Origin: Convolutriloba macropyga
Taxonomy: Eukaryota
Assembly: GCF_964194025.1 (NCBI RefSeq)
Contig: NC_134474.1
Span: forward strand, 44,888,001 to 44,952,000
DNA length: 64,000 nt
Reading direction: 5' to 3'
In this document: positions 39,801 through 54,093 of the stretch, in pieces
Position numbering within the stretch: position 1 is the first letter of the stretch
Layout: each line of letters opens with the position of its first letter
Notes under the pieces: model-generated
The model's input: the letters and a program-made list of their open reading frames with translations, nothing else
The model's database searches: none
Told to the model about the DNA's origin: nothing
Position numbers and translations under genes: made by a program

Positions 39801-42800
39801 GATTCGTTTGTAGAAGTTATCTCTCATACCATGAAATACAACCTATGAGCTAAATCATCTTGGGATCAACCAGTTCGGTCTTAAGAGAACTATATTTATT
39901 CGAGTATTCACCCCTCCTCCTTATAATTGTTCTTTGAATAAAAGTGACAAATCGGCAGTTTCTTTATCTTACGAATACAATAACATACAGAAACAAAACA
40001 CTAGCATTTCCAGAGGGAGCGTCTGCTCTGACTTCTTACCTGGACTGACACAGGAAATGAGTGAACTGAAATTTAATGATGGCAGATCTCCTTTCGAGAT
40101 TTGCGTTTCAATAAAACCGTTTCATTCCGATAAAAAAATCCTTATAAAGTCTCAGCATTGGAGCACGATATAGTCAAGTCCAAAAAAAGATACTTGTAAA
40201 TGAGTTCAAACTAGGAGAAAATGGTGTGTGGTACTTAGACAGCCGTGTACCAATCAAAAATTGTTGTAATGAGCCCTCTGATCTTTCACTCTTTTGCAGT
40301 GATATATCATTTTATTCACATAACCTAAATCTACCGCCATCTGTGGAACTTAATTTTTCACACACTATCTTTTTAAAACGTTATCTCATTAATCGCTTTT
40401 GAATTCAGTTGTTTTTTCTGATCGTTTTTGAGCAAGATCATCGTCAGATTGGTGAAGTCATTGCAAGTACATGACACCATTTAGAATATTAGAATTGCAC
40501 ATTCAGCAATACCTTTTGATGTGTAATAATACATTTGCAACCTTGAATACAGTTCAACTAAAAGCTCAATAGTTCGCTGGCAATTGCTCCAACATTTTTT
40601 TGAAAATCAATTAGCGCAGTCAAAGAAGGAATCAGCATGTTCACTACTTAGAATAGAACCATTGTGGTAGAAAGCCTCTTATAAAAATCCGTTTCTTTGG
40701 GAACACTAATTTGGGGCATGTTATCAGACGAAGGAATATCTGTAGACAAACTCCGAGAAGATTCTCTCAAGTAACCCTACCCAATGAACCCATTTACAAA
40801 TCTAAGCTGAACAAGAGTCCCACCCAAAAGGAGTTGGATTGTAAGATTCGAAACGAACAGCTAAAAGAAACTAACTTCGTTAAGAAATGGAGGCAGTGGA
40901 GTTTCTGTGTGAAGAAAATCCATGAAAGTGTGATGAAGCTGTTTGAATCCCCTATTTATTTTAAGAATGGAATGTCAAAATTTCTGCGCGATAGATCATC
41001 TATTTTTGACATTGACAAACTGACGACTCGAGAGTTGTTCAAAAAAATTGATTAAATCTTTGTTAAGGAAAAACATAACTTTTGAGCGTTCTTTTTTGTA
41101 ACCCGTAAGCAAATGAAAGGTAAACCTGTTGGAAAATTCTATGGGGCACTTGTGGAGTTTTTACTCAATTGCGATCTTCTTTAAGAAAGATTCTCGTGTT
41201 GAGGCCGTGAAAGCCGGTAGTAATCTAATTTTTCAACTCACTCAAACGCCTCCTCTCTCGGATCTTTGAGCATACAAGGCTAAAAACGATTCGTTTGTAG
41301 AAGTTATCTCTCATACCATGAAATACAACCTATGAGCTAAATCATCTTGGGATCAACCAGTTCGGTCTTAAGAGAACTATATTTATTCGAGTATTCACCC
41401 CTCCTCCTTATAATTGTTCTTTGAATAAAAGTGACAAATCGGCAGTTTCTTTATCTTACGAATACAATAACATACAGAAACAAAACACTAGCATTTTCAG
41501 AGGGAGCGTCTGCTCTGACTTCTTACCTGGACTGACACAGGAAATGAGTGAACTGAAATTTAATGATGGCAGATCTCCTTTCGAGATTTGCGTTTCAATA
41601 AAACCGTTTCATTCCGATAAAAAAATCCTTATAAAGTCTCAGCATTGGAGCACGATATAGTCAAGTCCAAAAAAAGATACTTGTAAATGAGTTCAAACTA
41701 GGAGAAAATGGTGTGTGGTACTTAGACAGCCGTGTACCAAATAAAAACTGTTGTAATGAGCCCTCTGATCTTTCACTCTTTTGCAATGATATATCATTTT
41801 ATTCACATAACCTAAATCTACCGCCATCTGTGGAACTTAATTTTTCACACACTATCTTTTTAAAACGTTATCTCATTAATCGTTTTTGAATTCAGTTGTT
41901 TTTTCTGATCGTTTTTGAGCAAGATCATCGTCAGATTGGTGAAGTCATTGCAAGTACATGCCACTATTTAGAATATTAGAATTGCACATTCAGCAATTCC
42001 TTTTGATGTGTAATAATACATTTGCAACCTTGAATACAGTTCAACTTAAAGCTCAATAGTTCGCTGGCAATTGCTCCAACATTTTTTTGAAAATCAATTA
42101 GCGCAGTCAAAGAAGGAATCAGCATGTTCACTACTTAGAATAGAACCATTGTGGTAGAAAGCCTCTTATAAAAATCCGTTTCTTTGGGAACACTAATTTG
42201 GGGCATGTTATCAGACGAAGGAATATCTGTAGACAAACTCCGAGAAGATTCTCTCAAGTAACCCTACCCAATGAACCCATTTACAAATCTAAGCTGAACA
42301 AGAGTCCCACCCAAAAGGAGTTGGATTGTAAGATTCGAAACGAACAGCTAAAAGAAACTAACTTCGTTAAGAAATGGAGGCAGTGGAGTTTCTGTGTGAA
42401 GAAAATCCATGAAAGTGTGATGAAGCTGTTTGAATCCCCTATTTATTTTAAGAATGGAATGTCAAAATTTCTGCGCGATAGATCATCTATTTTTGACATT
42501 GACAAACTGACGACTCGAGAGTTGTTCAAAAAATTTGATTAAATCTTTGTTAAGGAAAAACATAACTTTTGAGCGTTCTTTTTTGTAACCCGTAAGCAAA
42601 TGAAAGGTAAACCTGTTGGAAAATTCTATGGGGCACTTGTGGAGTTTTTACTCAATTGCGATCTTCTTTAAGAAAGATTCTCGTGTTGAGGCCGTGAAAG
42701 CCGGTAGTAATCTAATTTTTCAACTCACTCAAACGCCTCCTCTCTCGGATCTTTGAGCATACAAGGCTAAAAACGATTCGTTTGTAGAAGTTATCTCTCA

Positions 42801-45800
42801 TACCATGAAATACAACCTATGAGCTAAATCATCTTGGGATCAACCAGTTCGGTCTTAAGAGAACTATATTTATTCGAGTATTCACCCCTCCTCCTTATAA
42901 TTGTTTTTTGAATAAAAGTGACAAATCGGCAGTTTCTTTATCTTACGAATACAATAACATACAGAAACAAAACACTAGCATTTCCAGAGGGAGCGTCTGC
43001 TCTGACTTCTTACCTGGACTGACACAGGAAATGAGTGAACTGAAATTTAATGATGGCAGATCTCCTTTCGAGATTTGCGTTTCAATAAAACCGTTTCATT
43101 CCGATAAAAAAATCCTTATAAAGTCTCAGCATTGGAGCACGATATAGTCAAGTCCAAAAAAAGATACTTGTAAATGAGTTCAAACTAGGAGAAAATGGTG
43201 TGTGGTACTTAGACAGCCGTGTACCAATCAAAAATTGTTGTAATGAGCCCTCTGATCCTTCACTCTTTTGCAATGATATATCATTTTATTCACATAACCT
43301 AAATCTACCGCCATCTGTGGAACTTAATTTTTCACACACTATCTTTTTAAAACGTTATCTCATTAATCGCTTTTGAATTCAGTTGTTCTTTCTGATCGTT
43401 TTTGAGCAAGATCATCGTCAGATTGGTGAAGTCATTGCAAGTACATGCCACTATTTAGAATATTAGAATTGCACATTCAGCAATCCCTTTTGATGTGTAA
43501 TGATACATTTGCAACCTTGAATACAGTTCAACTTAAAGCTCAATAGTTCGCTGGCAATTGCTCCAACATTTTTTTGAAAATCAATTAGCGCAGTCAAAGA
43601 AGGAATCAGCATGTTCACTACTTAGAATAGAACCATTGTGTTAGAAAGCCTCTTATAAAAATCCGTTTCTTTGGGAACACTAATTTGGGGCATGTTATCA
43701 GACGAAGGAATATCTGTAGACAAACTCCGAGAAGATTCTCTCAAGTAACCCTACCCAATGAACCCATTTACAAATCTAAGCTGAACAAGAGTCCCACCCA
43801 AAAGGAGTTGGATTGTAAGATTCGAAACGAACAGCTAAAAGAAACTAACTTCGTTAAGAAATGGAGGCAGTGGAGTTTCTGTGTGAAGAAAATCCATGAA
43901 AGTGTGATGAAGCTGTTTGAATCCCCTATTTATTTTAAGAATGGAATGTCAAAATTTCTGCGCGATAGATCATCTATTTTTGACATTGACAAACTGACGA
44001 CTCGAGAGTTGTTCAAAAAATTTGATTAAATCTTTGTTAAGGAAAAACATAACTTTTGAGCGTTCTTTTTTGTAACCCGTAAGCAAATGAAAGGTAAACC
44101 TGTTGGAAAATTCTATGGGGCACTTGTGGAGTTTTTACTCAATTGCGATCTTCTTTAAGAAAGATTCTCGTGTTGAGGCCGTGAAAGCCGGTAGTAATCT
44201 AATTTTTCAACTCACTCAAACGCCTCCTCTCTCGGATCTTTGAGCATACAAGGCTAAAAACGATTCGTTTGTAGAAGTTATCTCTCATACCATGAAATAC
44301 AACCTATGAGCTAAATCATCTTGGGATCAACCAGTTCGGTCTTAAGAGAACTATATTTATTCGAGTATTCACCCCTCCTCCTTATAATTGTTCTTTGAAT
44401 AAAAGTGACAAATCGGCAGTTTCTTTATCTTACGAATACAATAACATACAGAAACAAAACACTAGCATTTCCAGAGGGAGCGTCTGCTCTGACTTCTTAC
44501 CTGGACTGACACAGGAAATGAGTGAACTGAAATTTAATGATGGCAGATCTCCTTTCGAGATTTGCGTTTCAATAAAACCGTTTCATTCCGATAAAAAAAT
44601 CCTTATAAAGTCTCAGCATTGGAGCACGATATAGTCAAGTCCAAAAAAAGATACTTGTAAATGAGTTCAAACTAGGAGAAAATGGTGTGTGGTACTTAGA
44701 CAGCCGTGTACCAAATAAAAATTGTTGTAATGAGCCCTCTGATCTTTCACTCTTTTGCAATGATATATCATTTTATTCACATTACCTAAATCTACCGCCA
44801 TCTGTGGAACTTAATTTTTCACACACTATCTTTTTAAAACGTTATCTCATTAATCGCTTTTGAATTCAGTTGTTCTTTCTGATCGTTTTTGAGCAAGATC
44901 ATCGTCAGATTGGTGAAGTCATTGCAAGTACATGCCACCATTTAGAATATTAGAATTGCACATTCAGCAATCCCTTTTGATGTGTAATAATACATTTGCA
45001 ACCTTGAATACAGTTCAACTAAAAGCTCAATAGTTCGCTGGCAATTGCTCCAACATTTTTTTGAAAATCAATTAGCGCAGTCAAAGAAGGAATCAGCATG
45101 TTCACTACTTAGAATAAAACCATTGTGGTAGAAAGCTTCTTATAAAAATCCGTTTCATTGGGAACACTAATTTGGGGCATGTTATCAGACGAAGGAATAT
45201 CTGTAGACAAACTCCGAGAAGATTCTCTCAAGTAACCCTACCCAATGAACCCATTTATAAATCTAAGCTAAACAAGAGTCCCACCCAAAAGGAGTTTGAT
45301 TGTAAGATTCGAAACGAACAGCTAAAAGAAACTAACTTCGTTAAAAAATGGAGGCAGTGGAGTTCCTGTGTGAAGAAAATCCATGAAAGTGTGATGAAGC
45401 TGTTTGAATCCCCTATTTATTTTAAGAATGGAATGTCAAAATTTCTGCGCGATAGATCATCTTTTTTTGACATTGACAAACTGACGACTCGAGAGTTGTT
45501 CAAAAAAATTTGATTAAATTTTCGTTAATGAAAAACATAACTTTTGAGCGTTCTTTTTTGTAACCCGTAAGCAAATGAAAGGTAAACCTGTTGGAAAATT
45601 CTATGGGGCACTTGTGGAGTTTTTACTCAATTGCGATCTTCTTTAAGAAAGATTCTCGTGTTGAGGCCGTGAAAGCCGGTAGTAATCTAATTTTTGAACT
45701 CACTCAAACGCCTCCTCTCTCGGATCTTTGAGCATACAAGGCTAAAAACGATTCGTTTGTAGAAGTTTTCTCTCATACCATGAAATACAACCTATGAGCT

Positions 45801-48800
45801 AAATCATCTTGGGATCAACCAGATCGGTCTTAAGAGAACTATTTATTCGAGTATTCACCCCTCCTCCTTATAATTGTTCTTTGAATAAAAGACACAAATC
45901 GGCAATTTCTTTATCTTACGAATACAATAACATACAGAAACAAAACACTAGCATTTCCATAAGGAGCGTCTGCTCCGACTTCTTACCTGGACTGACAGAG
46001 GAAATGAGTGAACTGAAATTTAATGATGGCAGATCTCCTTTCGAGATTTGCGTTTCAATAAAACCGTTTCATTCCGATAAAAAAATCTTTATAAAGTCTC
46101 AGCATTGGAGCACGATATAGTCAAGTACAAAAAAAGATACTTGTAAATGAGTTCAAACTAGGAGAAAATGGTGTTTGGTACTTAGACAGCCGTGTACCAA
46201 ATAAAAATTGTTGTAATGAGCCCTCTGATCTTTCACTCTTTTGCAATGATATATCATTTTATTCACATAACCTAAATCTACCGCCATCTGTGGAACTTAA
46301 TTTTTCACACACTATCTTTTTATAACGTTATCTCATTAATCGCTTTTGAATTCAGTTGTTCTTTCTGATCTTTTTTGAGCAAGATCATCGTCAGATTGGT
46401 GAAGTCATTGCAAGTACATGCCACCATTTAGAATATTAGAATTGCACATTCAGCAATCCCTTTTGATGTGTAATAATACTTTTGCAACCTTGAATACAGT
46501 TCAACTAAAAGCTCAATAGTCCGCTGGCAATTGCTCCAACATTTTTTTGAAAATCAATTAGCGCAGTCAAAGAAGGAATCAGCATGTTCACTACTTAGAA
46601 TAGAACCATTGTGGTAGAAAGCCTCTTGGAAAAATCCGTTTCATTGGGAACACTAATTTGGGGCATGTTATCAGACGAAAGAATATCTGTAGACAAACTC
46701 CGAGAAGATTCTCTCAAGTAACCCTACCTAATGAACCCATTTACAAATCAAAGCTAAACAAGAGTCCCACCCAAAAGGAGTTGGATTGTAAGATTCGAAA
46801 CGAACAGCTAAAAGAAACTAACTTCGTTAAGAAATGGAGGCAGTGGAGTTCCTGTGTGAAGAAAATCCATGAAAGTGTGATGAAGCTGTTTGAATCCCCT
46901 ATTTATTTTAAGAATGGAATGTCAAAATTTCTGCGCGATAGATCATCTATTTTTGACATTGACAAACTGACGACTCGAGAGTTGTTCAAAAAAATTTGAT
47001 TAAATCTTCGTTAATGAAAAACATAACTTTTGAGCGTTCTTTTTTGTAACCCGTAAGCAAATGAAAGGTAAACCTGTTGGAAAATTCTATGGGGCACTTG
47101 TGGAGTTTTTACTCAATTGCGATCTTCTTCAAGAAAGATTCTCGTGTTGAGGGCGTGAAAGCCGGTAGTAACCTAATTTTTCAACTCACTCAAACGCCTC
47201 CTCTCTCGGATCTTTGAGCATACAAGGCTAAAAACGATTCGTTTGTAAAAGTTATCTCTCATACCATGAAATACAACCTATGAGCTAAATCATCTTGGGA
47301 TCAACCAGTTCGGTCTTAAGAGAACTATTTATTCGAGTATTCACCCCTCCTCCTTATAATTGTTCTTTGAATAAAAGTGACGAATCGGCAGTTTCTTTAT
47401 CTTACGAATACAATAACATACAGAAACAAAACACTAGCATTTCCAGAAGGAGCGTCTGCTCCGACTTCTTACCTGGACTGACACAGGAAATTAGTGAACT
47501 GAAATTTAAGGATGGCTGATCTCCTTTCGAGATTTGCGTTTCAATAAAACCGTTTCATTCCGACAAAAAGAATCTTTATAAAGTCTCAGCATTGGAGCAC
47601 GATATAGTCAAGTCCAAAAAAGATACTTGTAAATGAGTTCAAACTAGGAGAAAATGGTGTGTGGTACTAAGACAGCCGTGTACCAAATAAAAATTGTTGT
47701 AATGAGCCCTCTGATCTTTCACTCCTTTGCAATGATATATCATTTTATTCACATAACCTAAATCTACCGCCATCTGTGGAACTTAATTTTTCACACACAA
47801 TCTTTTTATAACGTTATCTCATTAATCGCTTTTGAATTCAGTTGTTCTTTCTGATCTTTTTTGAGCAAGATCATCGTCAGATTGGTGAAGTCATTGCAAG
47901 TACATGCCACCATTTAGAATATTAGAATTGCACATTCAGCAATCCCTTTTGATGTGTAATAATACTTTTGCAACCTTGAATACAGTTCAACTAAAAGCTC
48001 AATAGTCCGCTGGCAATTGCTCCAACATTTTTTTGAAAATCAATTAGCGCAGTCAAAGAAAGAATCAGCATGTTCACTACTTAGAATAGAACCATTGTGG
48101 TAGAAAGCCTCTTGGAAAAATCCGTTTCATTGGGAACACTAATTTGGGGCATGTTATCAGACGAAAGAATATCTGTAGACAAACTCCGAGAAGATTCTCT
48201 CAAGTAACCCTACCTAATGAACCCATTTACAAATCAAAGCTAAACAAGAGTCCCACCCAAAAGGAGTTGGATTGTAAGATTCGAAACGAACAGCTAAAAG
48301 AAACTAACTTCGTTAAGAAATGGAGGCAGTGGAGTTCCTGTGTGAAGAAAATCCATGAAAGTGTGATGAAGCTGTTTGAATCCCCTATTTATTTTAAGAA
48401 TGGAATCTCAAAATTTCTGCGCGATAGATCATCTATTTTTGACATTGACAAACTGACGACTCGAGAGTTGTTCAAAAAAATTTGATTAAATCTTCGTTAA
48501 TGAAAAACATAACTTTTGAGCGTTCTTTTTTGTAACCCGTAAGCAAATGAAAGGTAAACCTGTTGGAAAATTCTATGGGGCACTTGTGGAGTTTTTACTC
48601 AATTGCGATCTTCTTCAAGAAAGATTCTCGTGTTGAGGCCGTGAAAGCCGGTAGTAACCTAATTTTTCAACTCACTCAAACGCCTCCTCTCTCGGATCTT
48701 TGAGCATACAAGGCTAAAAACGATTCGTTTGTAAAAGTTATCTCTCATACCATGAAATACAACCTATGAGCTAAATCATCTTGGGATCAACCAGTTCGGT

Positions 48801-50326
48801 CTTAAGAGAACTATTTATTCGAGTATTCACCCCTCCTCCTTATAATTGTTCTTTGAATAAAAGTGACGAATCGGCAGTTTCTTTATCTTACGAATACAAT
48901 AACATACAGAAACAAAACACTAGCATTTCCAGAAGGAGCGTCTGCTCCGACTTCTTACCTGGACTGACACAGGAAATTAGTGAACTGAAATTTAAGGATG
49001 GCTGATCTCCTTTCGAGATTTGCGTTTCAATAAAACCGTTTCATTCCGACAAAAAGAATCTTTATAAAGTCTCAGCATTGGAGCACGATATAGTCAAGTC
49101 CAAAAAAGATACTTGTAAATGAGTTCAAACTAGGAGAAAATGGTGTGTGGTACTAAGACAGCCGTGTACCAAATAAAAATTGTTGTAATGAGCCCTCTGA
49201 TCTTTCACTCCTTTGCAATGATATATCATTTTATTCACATAACCTAAATTTACCTCCATCCGTGGAACTTAATATTTCACACACTGTCTTTTTAAAACGT
49301 TATCTCATTAATCGTTTTTGAATTCAGTTGTTCTTTCTGATCTTTTTTGAGCAAGATCATCGTCAGATTGGTGAAGTCATTGCAAGTACATGCCACCATT
49401 TAGAATATTAGAATTGCACATTCAGCAATCCCGTTCCATGTGTAATAATACATTTGCAACCGCGAATACAGTTCAACTAAAAGCTCAATAGTTCGCTGGC
49501 AATTGCTCCAACATTTTTTTGAATATCAATTAGCGTGTTCACTACTTAGAATAGAACCATTGTGGTAGAAAGCCTCTTGGAAATATCCACTTCATTGGGA
49601 ACACTAATTTGGGGCATGTTATCAGACGAAGGAATATCTGTTGACAAACTCCGAGAAGATCCTCTCAAGTAACCCTACCTAATGAACCCATTTACAAATC
49701 AAAGCTAAACAAGAGTCCCACCCAAAAGGAGTTGGATTGTAGGATTCGAAACGAACAGCTAAAAGAAACTAACTTCGTTAAGAAATGGAGGCAGTGGAGT
49801 TCCTGTGTGAAGAAAATCCATGAAAGTGTGATGAAGCTGTTTCAATCCCATATCTTAGTTTAATAATGGAATGTCGAAATTTCTGTGCGATAGATCATGT
49901 ATTTTTGACATTGACAAACTGACAGCTCGAGAGCTGTTCGAAAAGTTTTTATGAAATCTTCTTTAATGAAAAACAAAACTTTTGAGCGTTCTTTTTGTAA
50001 CCCGCAAGCAAATGAAAGGTAAACCTGTTGGAAAATTCTATGGGGCACTTGTGGAGTTTTTTTCTCAATTGCTATCTTCTTTAAGGAAGATTCTCGTGTT
50101 GAGGCCGTGAAAGGCGTTAGTAACCTAATTTTTCAACTCTCTCAAACGCCTCCTCTCTCGGATCTTTGAGCATACAAGGCTAAAAACGATTCGTTTGTAG
50201 AAGTTTTCTCTCATACCATGAAATACAACCTATGAGCTAAATCATCTTGGGATCAACCAGTTCGGTCTTAAGAGAACTGTTTATTCGAGTTTTCACCCCT
50301 CCTCCTTATAATTGTTCTTTGAATAT
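36816..50326. repeat. macrosatellite: ~9.1 tandem copies of a ~1486-bp unit
   Basis: Equivalent positions at 37739, 39223, 40711, 42198, 43685, 45172, 46658, 48144 and ~49609. Confidence 0.98.
37665..38210 (+). pseudogene. decayed gag-like fragment (probable Ty3/Gypsy), present in every array unit
   Basis: Frameshifted LLRIEPLW*KAS...WEH, QVTLPNEPIY, IRNEQL, NITFER-FFVTRKQMKNKPVGKFYGALVEFLLNCD. The RKQ...F...L...C pattern resembles retrotransposon Gag and is co-linear with 63070-63590. Confidence 0.6.
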
Positions 50327-50784
50327 CGATCAAAATACCTCGGTTTACTTTGAGGGGTAAATATTCAAGCAAGTTGCTATTTGATTTTAGACAAGTCGTT
50401 TACCAACTCTGTCTTAGTTTAGATTAAGACAAGACATTTAAAATTAAATGGAGTGGCTGAACTCAAATCACAAAACTAAGAGAATGACCAGGTCAGAGTA
50501 GACATTGATGAACAACAATAAAAGTAGTCGTTAATATATGGTCTAAAATATACTTGCTGATTATCATATCTGGCAGATATAGTTAATTCGGGATCTCAAG
50601 TTATGACAAAATTTGATCAGAATTTTTATCATATTTTAATAGATTTGATTTTTTTTTTCTTTTTTGTATTACGGTTTTGTTTTAAGATAATCCTAAATTA
50701 GTGGAGGCGTGTTTTGTCTGATGAGTAGTTGGATGGCATTTAAGTGGACTTCCACTTCGAGTCGTTTCCGGAATTCTTCCGGCG

Positions 50785-51320
50785 ATGTTTTTTTTAAGAT
50801 TTGTGCACACATTTTCATGATTTTTGAAGTCAAATTGGAGTAGTGATTTTGGTTCACGCCGAAATAGGAAGTGGAGCGAAAAAGCGAATGGTTTTTGTGG
50901 CATGAACTTTTCGCACTAATTTAAAGTAGAGTGAGAAAACGGTGTTTGAACAAAAATTCGCGTTCTCGCTAGTGGTTTTTGTTCACATGCGGCAATTTCA
51001 CGTTGACTTTAACTGTATTTTTTTCGATTATTCGGATCAGATTTTTTTTTATAAATGGTTTTTCCAATCCATTCATAGTTCATTCTAGGCCTTGTTTTTT
51101 GTTTGAACCAAATTTCCATTTCTCGCTAGTGGTTTTTTTGTTCAACTGCGGCATTTTGACATTGATTTTCAGTTTTTTTAAAAAAATTGTGTTCTGATTT
51201 TTTTGAAATAGTTTTTCCAATTCACTCATAGTACGTTCTAGGTCTGGTTTTTGTTAAGTCAATGAAAATTCTTTGAATTGTTCGTCAGGACTTGTCCTGC
51301 TATGTTTTTTTAATTCGTCG
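50785..51320 (+). repeat. third copy of the internal module shared with the elements at 4466 and 23341
   Basis: gtcaaattggagtagtgattttgg...aggaagtggag...cgtcaggacttgtcc also at ~4630-5060 and ~23430-23810. Confidence 0.85.
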
Positions 51321-51828
51321 TCTCCATAGATGACTTCTTGGAATTTACTTTTTCAATTTCAGTGACAAAACGTGGCAACAATTCTTTACCTTAAAAATCT
51401 CCTCAGAAACTTTCCTTTTTGGACTCTCATTTAGACTGTAAGCTTTTCAGACAGAGAAAGCTTTCTGACAGCTTTTGGTTTAGACCAAGAAATTGTTGAT
51501 ACAATAATTTTTTGTCCTGCTCCACCAGCCGGAACAAATGGGCTTCAAAATCCTTTCATTTGTTGAATTTTCGACAGAGTTAGACTTTTATGATTTTGGT
51601 GATCTCCCGATTTCTAATGTGACCAGTTTCTGTTGTGACCACTCAATCCGAGACAAGTAGTTTTGACATTGCTCTGTTGGATGACAGGAAGACACACACA
51701 GGAAATTGAAGAGTGCAAACTGGTCAAGCTTAAAAGAAGACATCGTCAAAGAAGAGATCAAAAAGATTTAACTTTGATTTTACACTCAGCTTAATTTAGA
51801 CATTTTTGTGGTTCTTTTTTCATTTGAA

Positions 51829-52086
51829 TCATTAGTTACTTCTACAAGTAAATATTTAGTTCCCAGCCCTCCTCATTTAATAGTTATGATTTAGTGCCAT
51901 TTAGCTAGGATTTAGTACCCTTGACAACTTTAGTTTATACTTCCATTGATCAGTACAATTCTGATGTGCTCTGAATTTAGTTTCAAGGTCAAGATTTAGC
52001 GTATTTGAGGTGTTTCTTTCAATTTCACAAAGTTCCTTTTCGAATAAAAAGGTCAGATAGATATATTGCTTTCAAAAATCAGAATT
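51829..52086. repeat. 258-bp inverted repeat, left arm
   Basis: Reverse complement of 53512-53769; no mismatch seen by eye. Confidence 0.95.
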
Positions 52087-53511
52087 TAAACAGATCTCTC
52101 AAATTTATAAGTTTTTCTCTCAAGAAAATGTCTAGAATTTTCCAGTTTAACAGAAAATCAATGTTCAATTTGAGGTCCCTTTTAATTTGTTAATTTTTTG
52201 TTTGATTGAAATGCCTTGATTTGCCAGTTGAATGAAAATTCGAAGTTTTAAATCAAACCTCTCTCAGTTTTGTATATTTCCCATCCGATGGAAATGTCTA
52301 GATTTATCCAGCATAGATTTTCAAAGTTGAGACTCTTTTTGATGTATTTATTGGATGTTTATTGGATGAAATTCGCTTTCGGTGGAAATTTTTAGATTCA
52401 TCAATTTTAAACTAAAACCAAATTTTACCTTCCGAGAAAATGTGCAGATACATTAATTTTCCACCAATTTCTATTAATTTCATGTTTTTGTATTTGGTGG
52501 TGTTGGTATGGTAGGGTATTGTAATGGAGGTTAAGGATCGAACATTTCAACCCCTTCTATGTTAGTACTGCAACTTACGGGAGGGGAGACAGTTGCAGTT
52601 GCTTTACCCTCCATTTGTTTGGCTTGAAGTGGGGGGTCTCCAGGCTAGCAAGCTTTTAACCTGTTTGTTGCAAGATCCAACATGAGAAGTAAATATTCAA
52701 AGCTCTTTCACATCTTGCTGCCATCGGTTTGAATTGAGCATCCTCCCGCTTCTTTTTTGCTTTTTTCGACTTTTTTAAAGTCGTTTTTTGTAAAAGTAAA
52801 GGTCGGTTCTCCTGACAGATGGTTATGTATTTCATTCCCTTAGGATGACCATTAACAATTCTTTGACAACTCTTGTACGCATCATACTTTTCATTGACTT
52901 TTATTAATATATGAGGTACCTTATGCAGCCCAGTGCTTAATATTTTCAATAACAGTCTGTCCTGTTAAACTTATTGCAAGGTTATGGAGTGCGATTGATT
53001 AAATGGATATTTAACTCTTCCATAAGACAACGTTTTTTCAGGGAATTTGAAACGATACCTTTTTATTTATTTTGTAGCCTTAGGAGGTGCCCATCATCAC
53101 CAATTCCCCTGGTTTAGCTTTCTGTTTTTTTTTCGGAGAAGTTTTCCTCATCTATTTTTTTCGTTACTTTAGCAATTGCATCATGATCCCCTGTGTAATA
53201 CTGAGGTGTTTTTGACAGCTGTTTTGACCTACCGAGTTTTCCTCTATTCCACGAAATTTTTCAGACGCAGCCATCAGTAAAGAAAATATTTCTGCAGACG
53301 GATGTTTTGTCGCTAGCCTTTGTCTGTAGCTCATCTCTTTCGACTTGCTCTGCTGAATATTTAGTTACGAAATAACTTTTGAGACCATCAGTCTATTAGT
53401 TTTGTATTCAACTGTCCCATTTGCAATTAAGATTTTTATTGCATCAGTTAAGTGTTTCAGAAGTGTGGCTTTACTATAATAATTTATTATAATAATAATA
53501 ATAATAATAAT

Positions 53512-53769
53512 AATTCTGATTTTTGAAAGCAATATATCTATCTGACCTTTTTATTCGAAAAGGAACTTTGTGAAATTGAAAGAAACACCTCAAATACGCT
53601 AAATCTTGACCTTGAAACTAAATTCAGAGCACATCAGAATTGTACTGATCAATGGAAGTATAAACTAAAGTTGTCAAGGGTACTAAATCCTAGCTAAATG
53701 GCACTAAATCATAACTATTAAATGAGGAGGGCTGGGAACTAAATATTTACTTGTAGAAGTAACTAATGA
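53512..53769. repeat. 258-bp inverted repeat, right arm (between (AAT)n and the LINE 5' end)
   Basis: Reverse complement of 51829-52086. Confidence 0.95.
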
Positions 53770-54093
53770 CACTATAAGTAACAAAATTGCACGTGCTATG
53801 AAATTGAGTTGCTGAATTGATGGATTCTTAAACCTGAAAATTGAGTAGTTTTTTTTTTCAATAAAATTTACACACCTTGGTTACCATCTGTTTCGTGGAG
53901 TGCAAGTGGAGTGTAGTTTATTTTGGGTCTACGGGGGCTAACCGAAGTGCTTATCAGTTCCCCGGTGAGATCGTACCTATTCTTTGTCCAAGTTTTTGGG
54001 GTGTTCTCTCCCCCCCCAAAGTTTTCTGGGGCGGTTTGCCTGTGAAAACAACTGAAACTATTCCCCGACGCCCATTTTTATGCAATTCTCAAG

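Noticed and set aside
37739-48485. Repeated 95-114 aa and 74-103 aa ORFs as a tandem gene family
   Set aside because: They start at TTG, stops vary between units, and the homology crosses frames, so they are pseudogenic fragments.
52530-53350. Coding-like minus-strand stretch, including the 97-aa ORF at 52656-52949
   Set aside because: No recognisable motif; probably a decayed TE fragment, but this cannot be supported.
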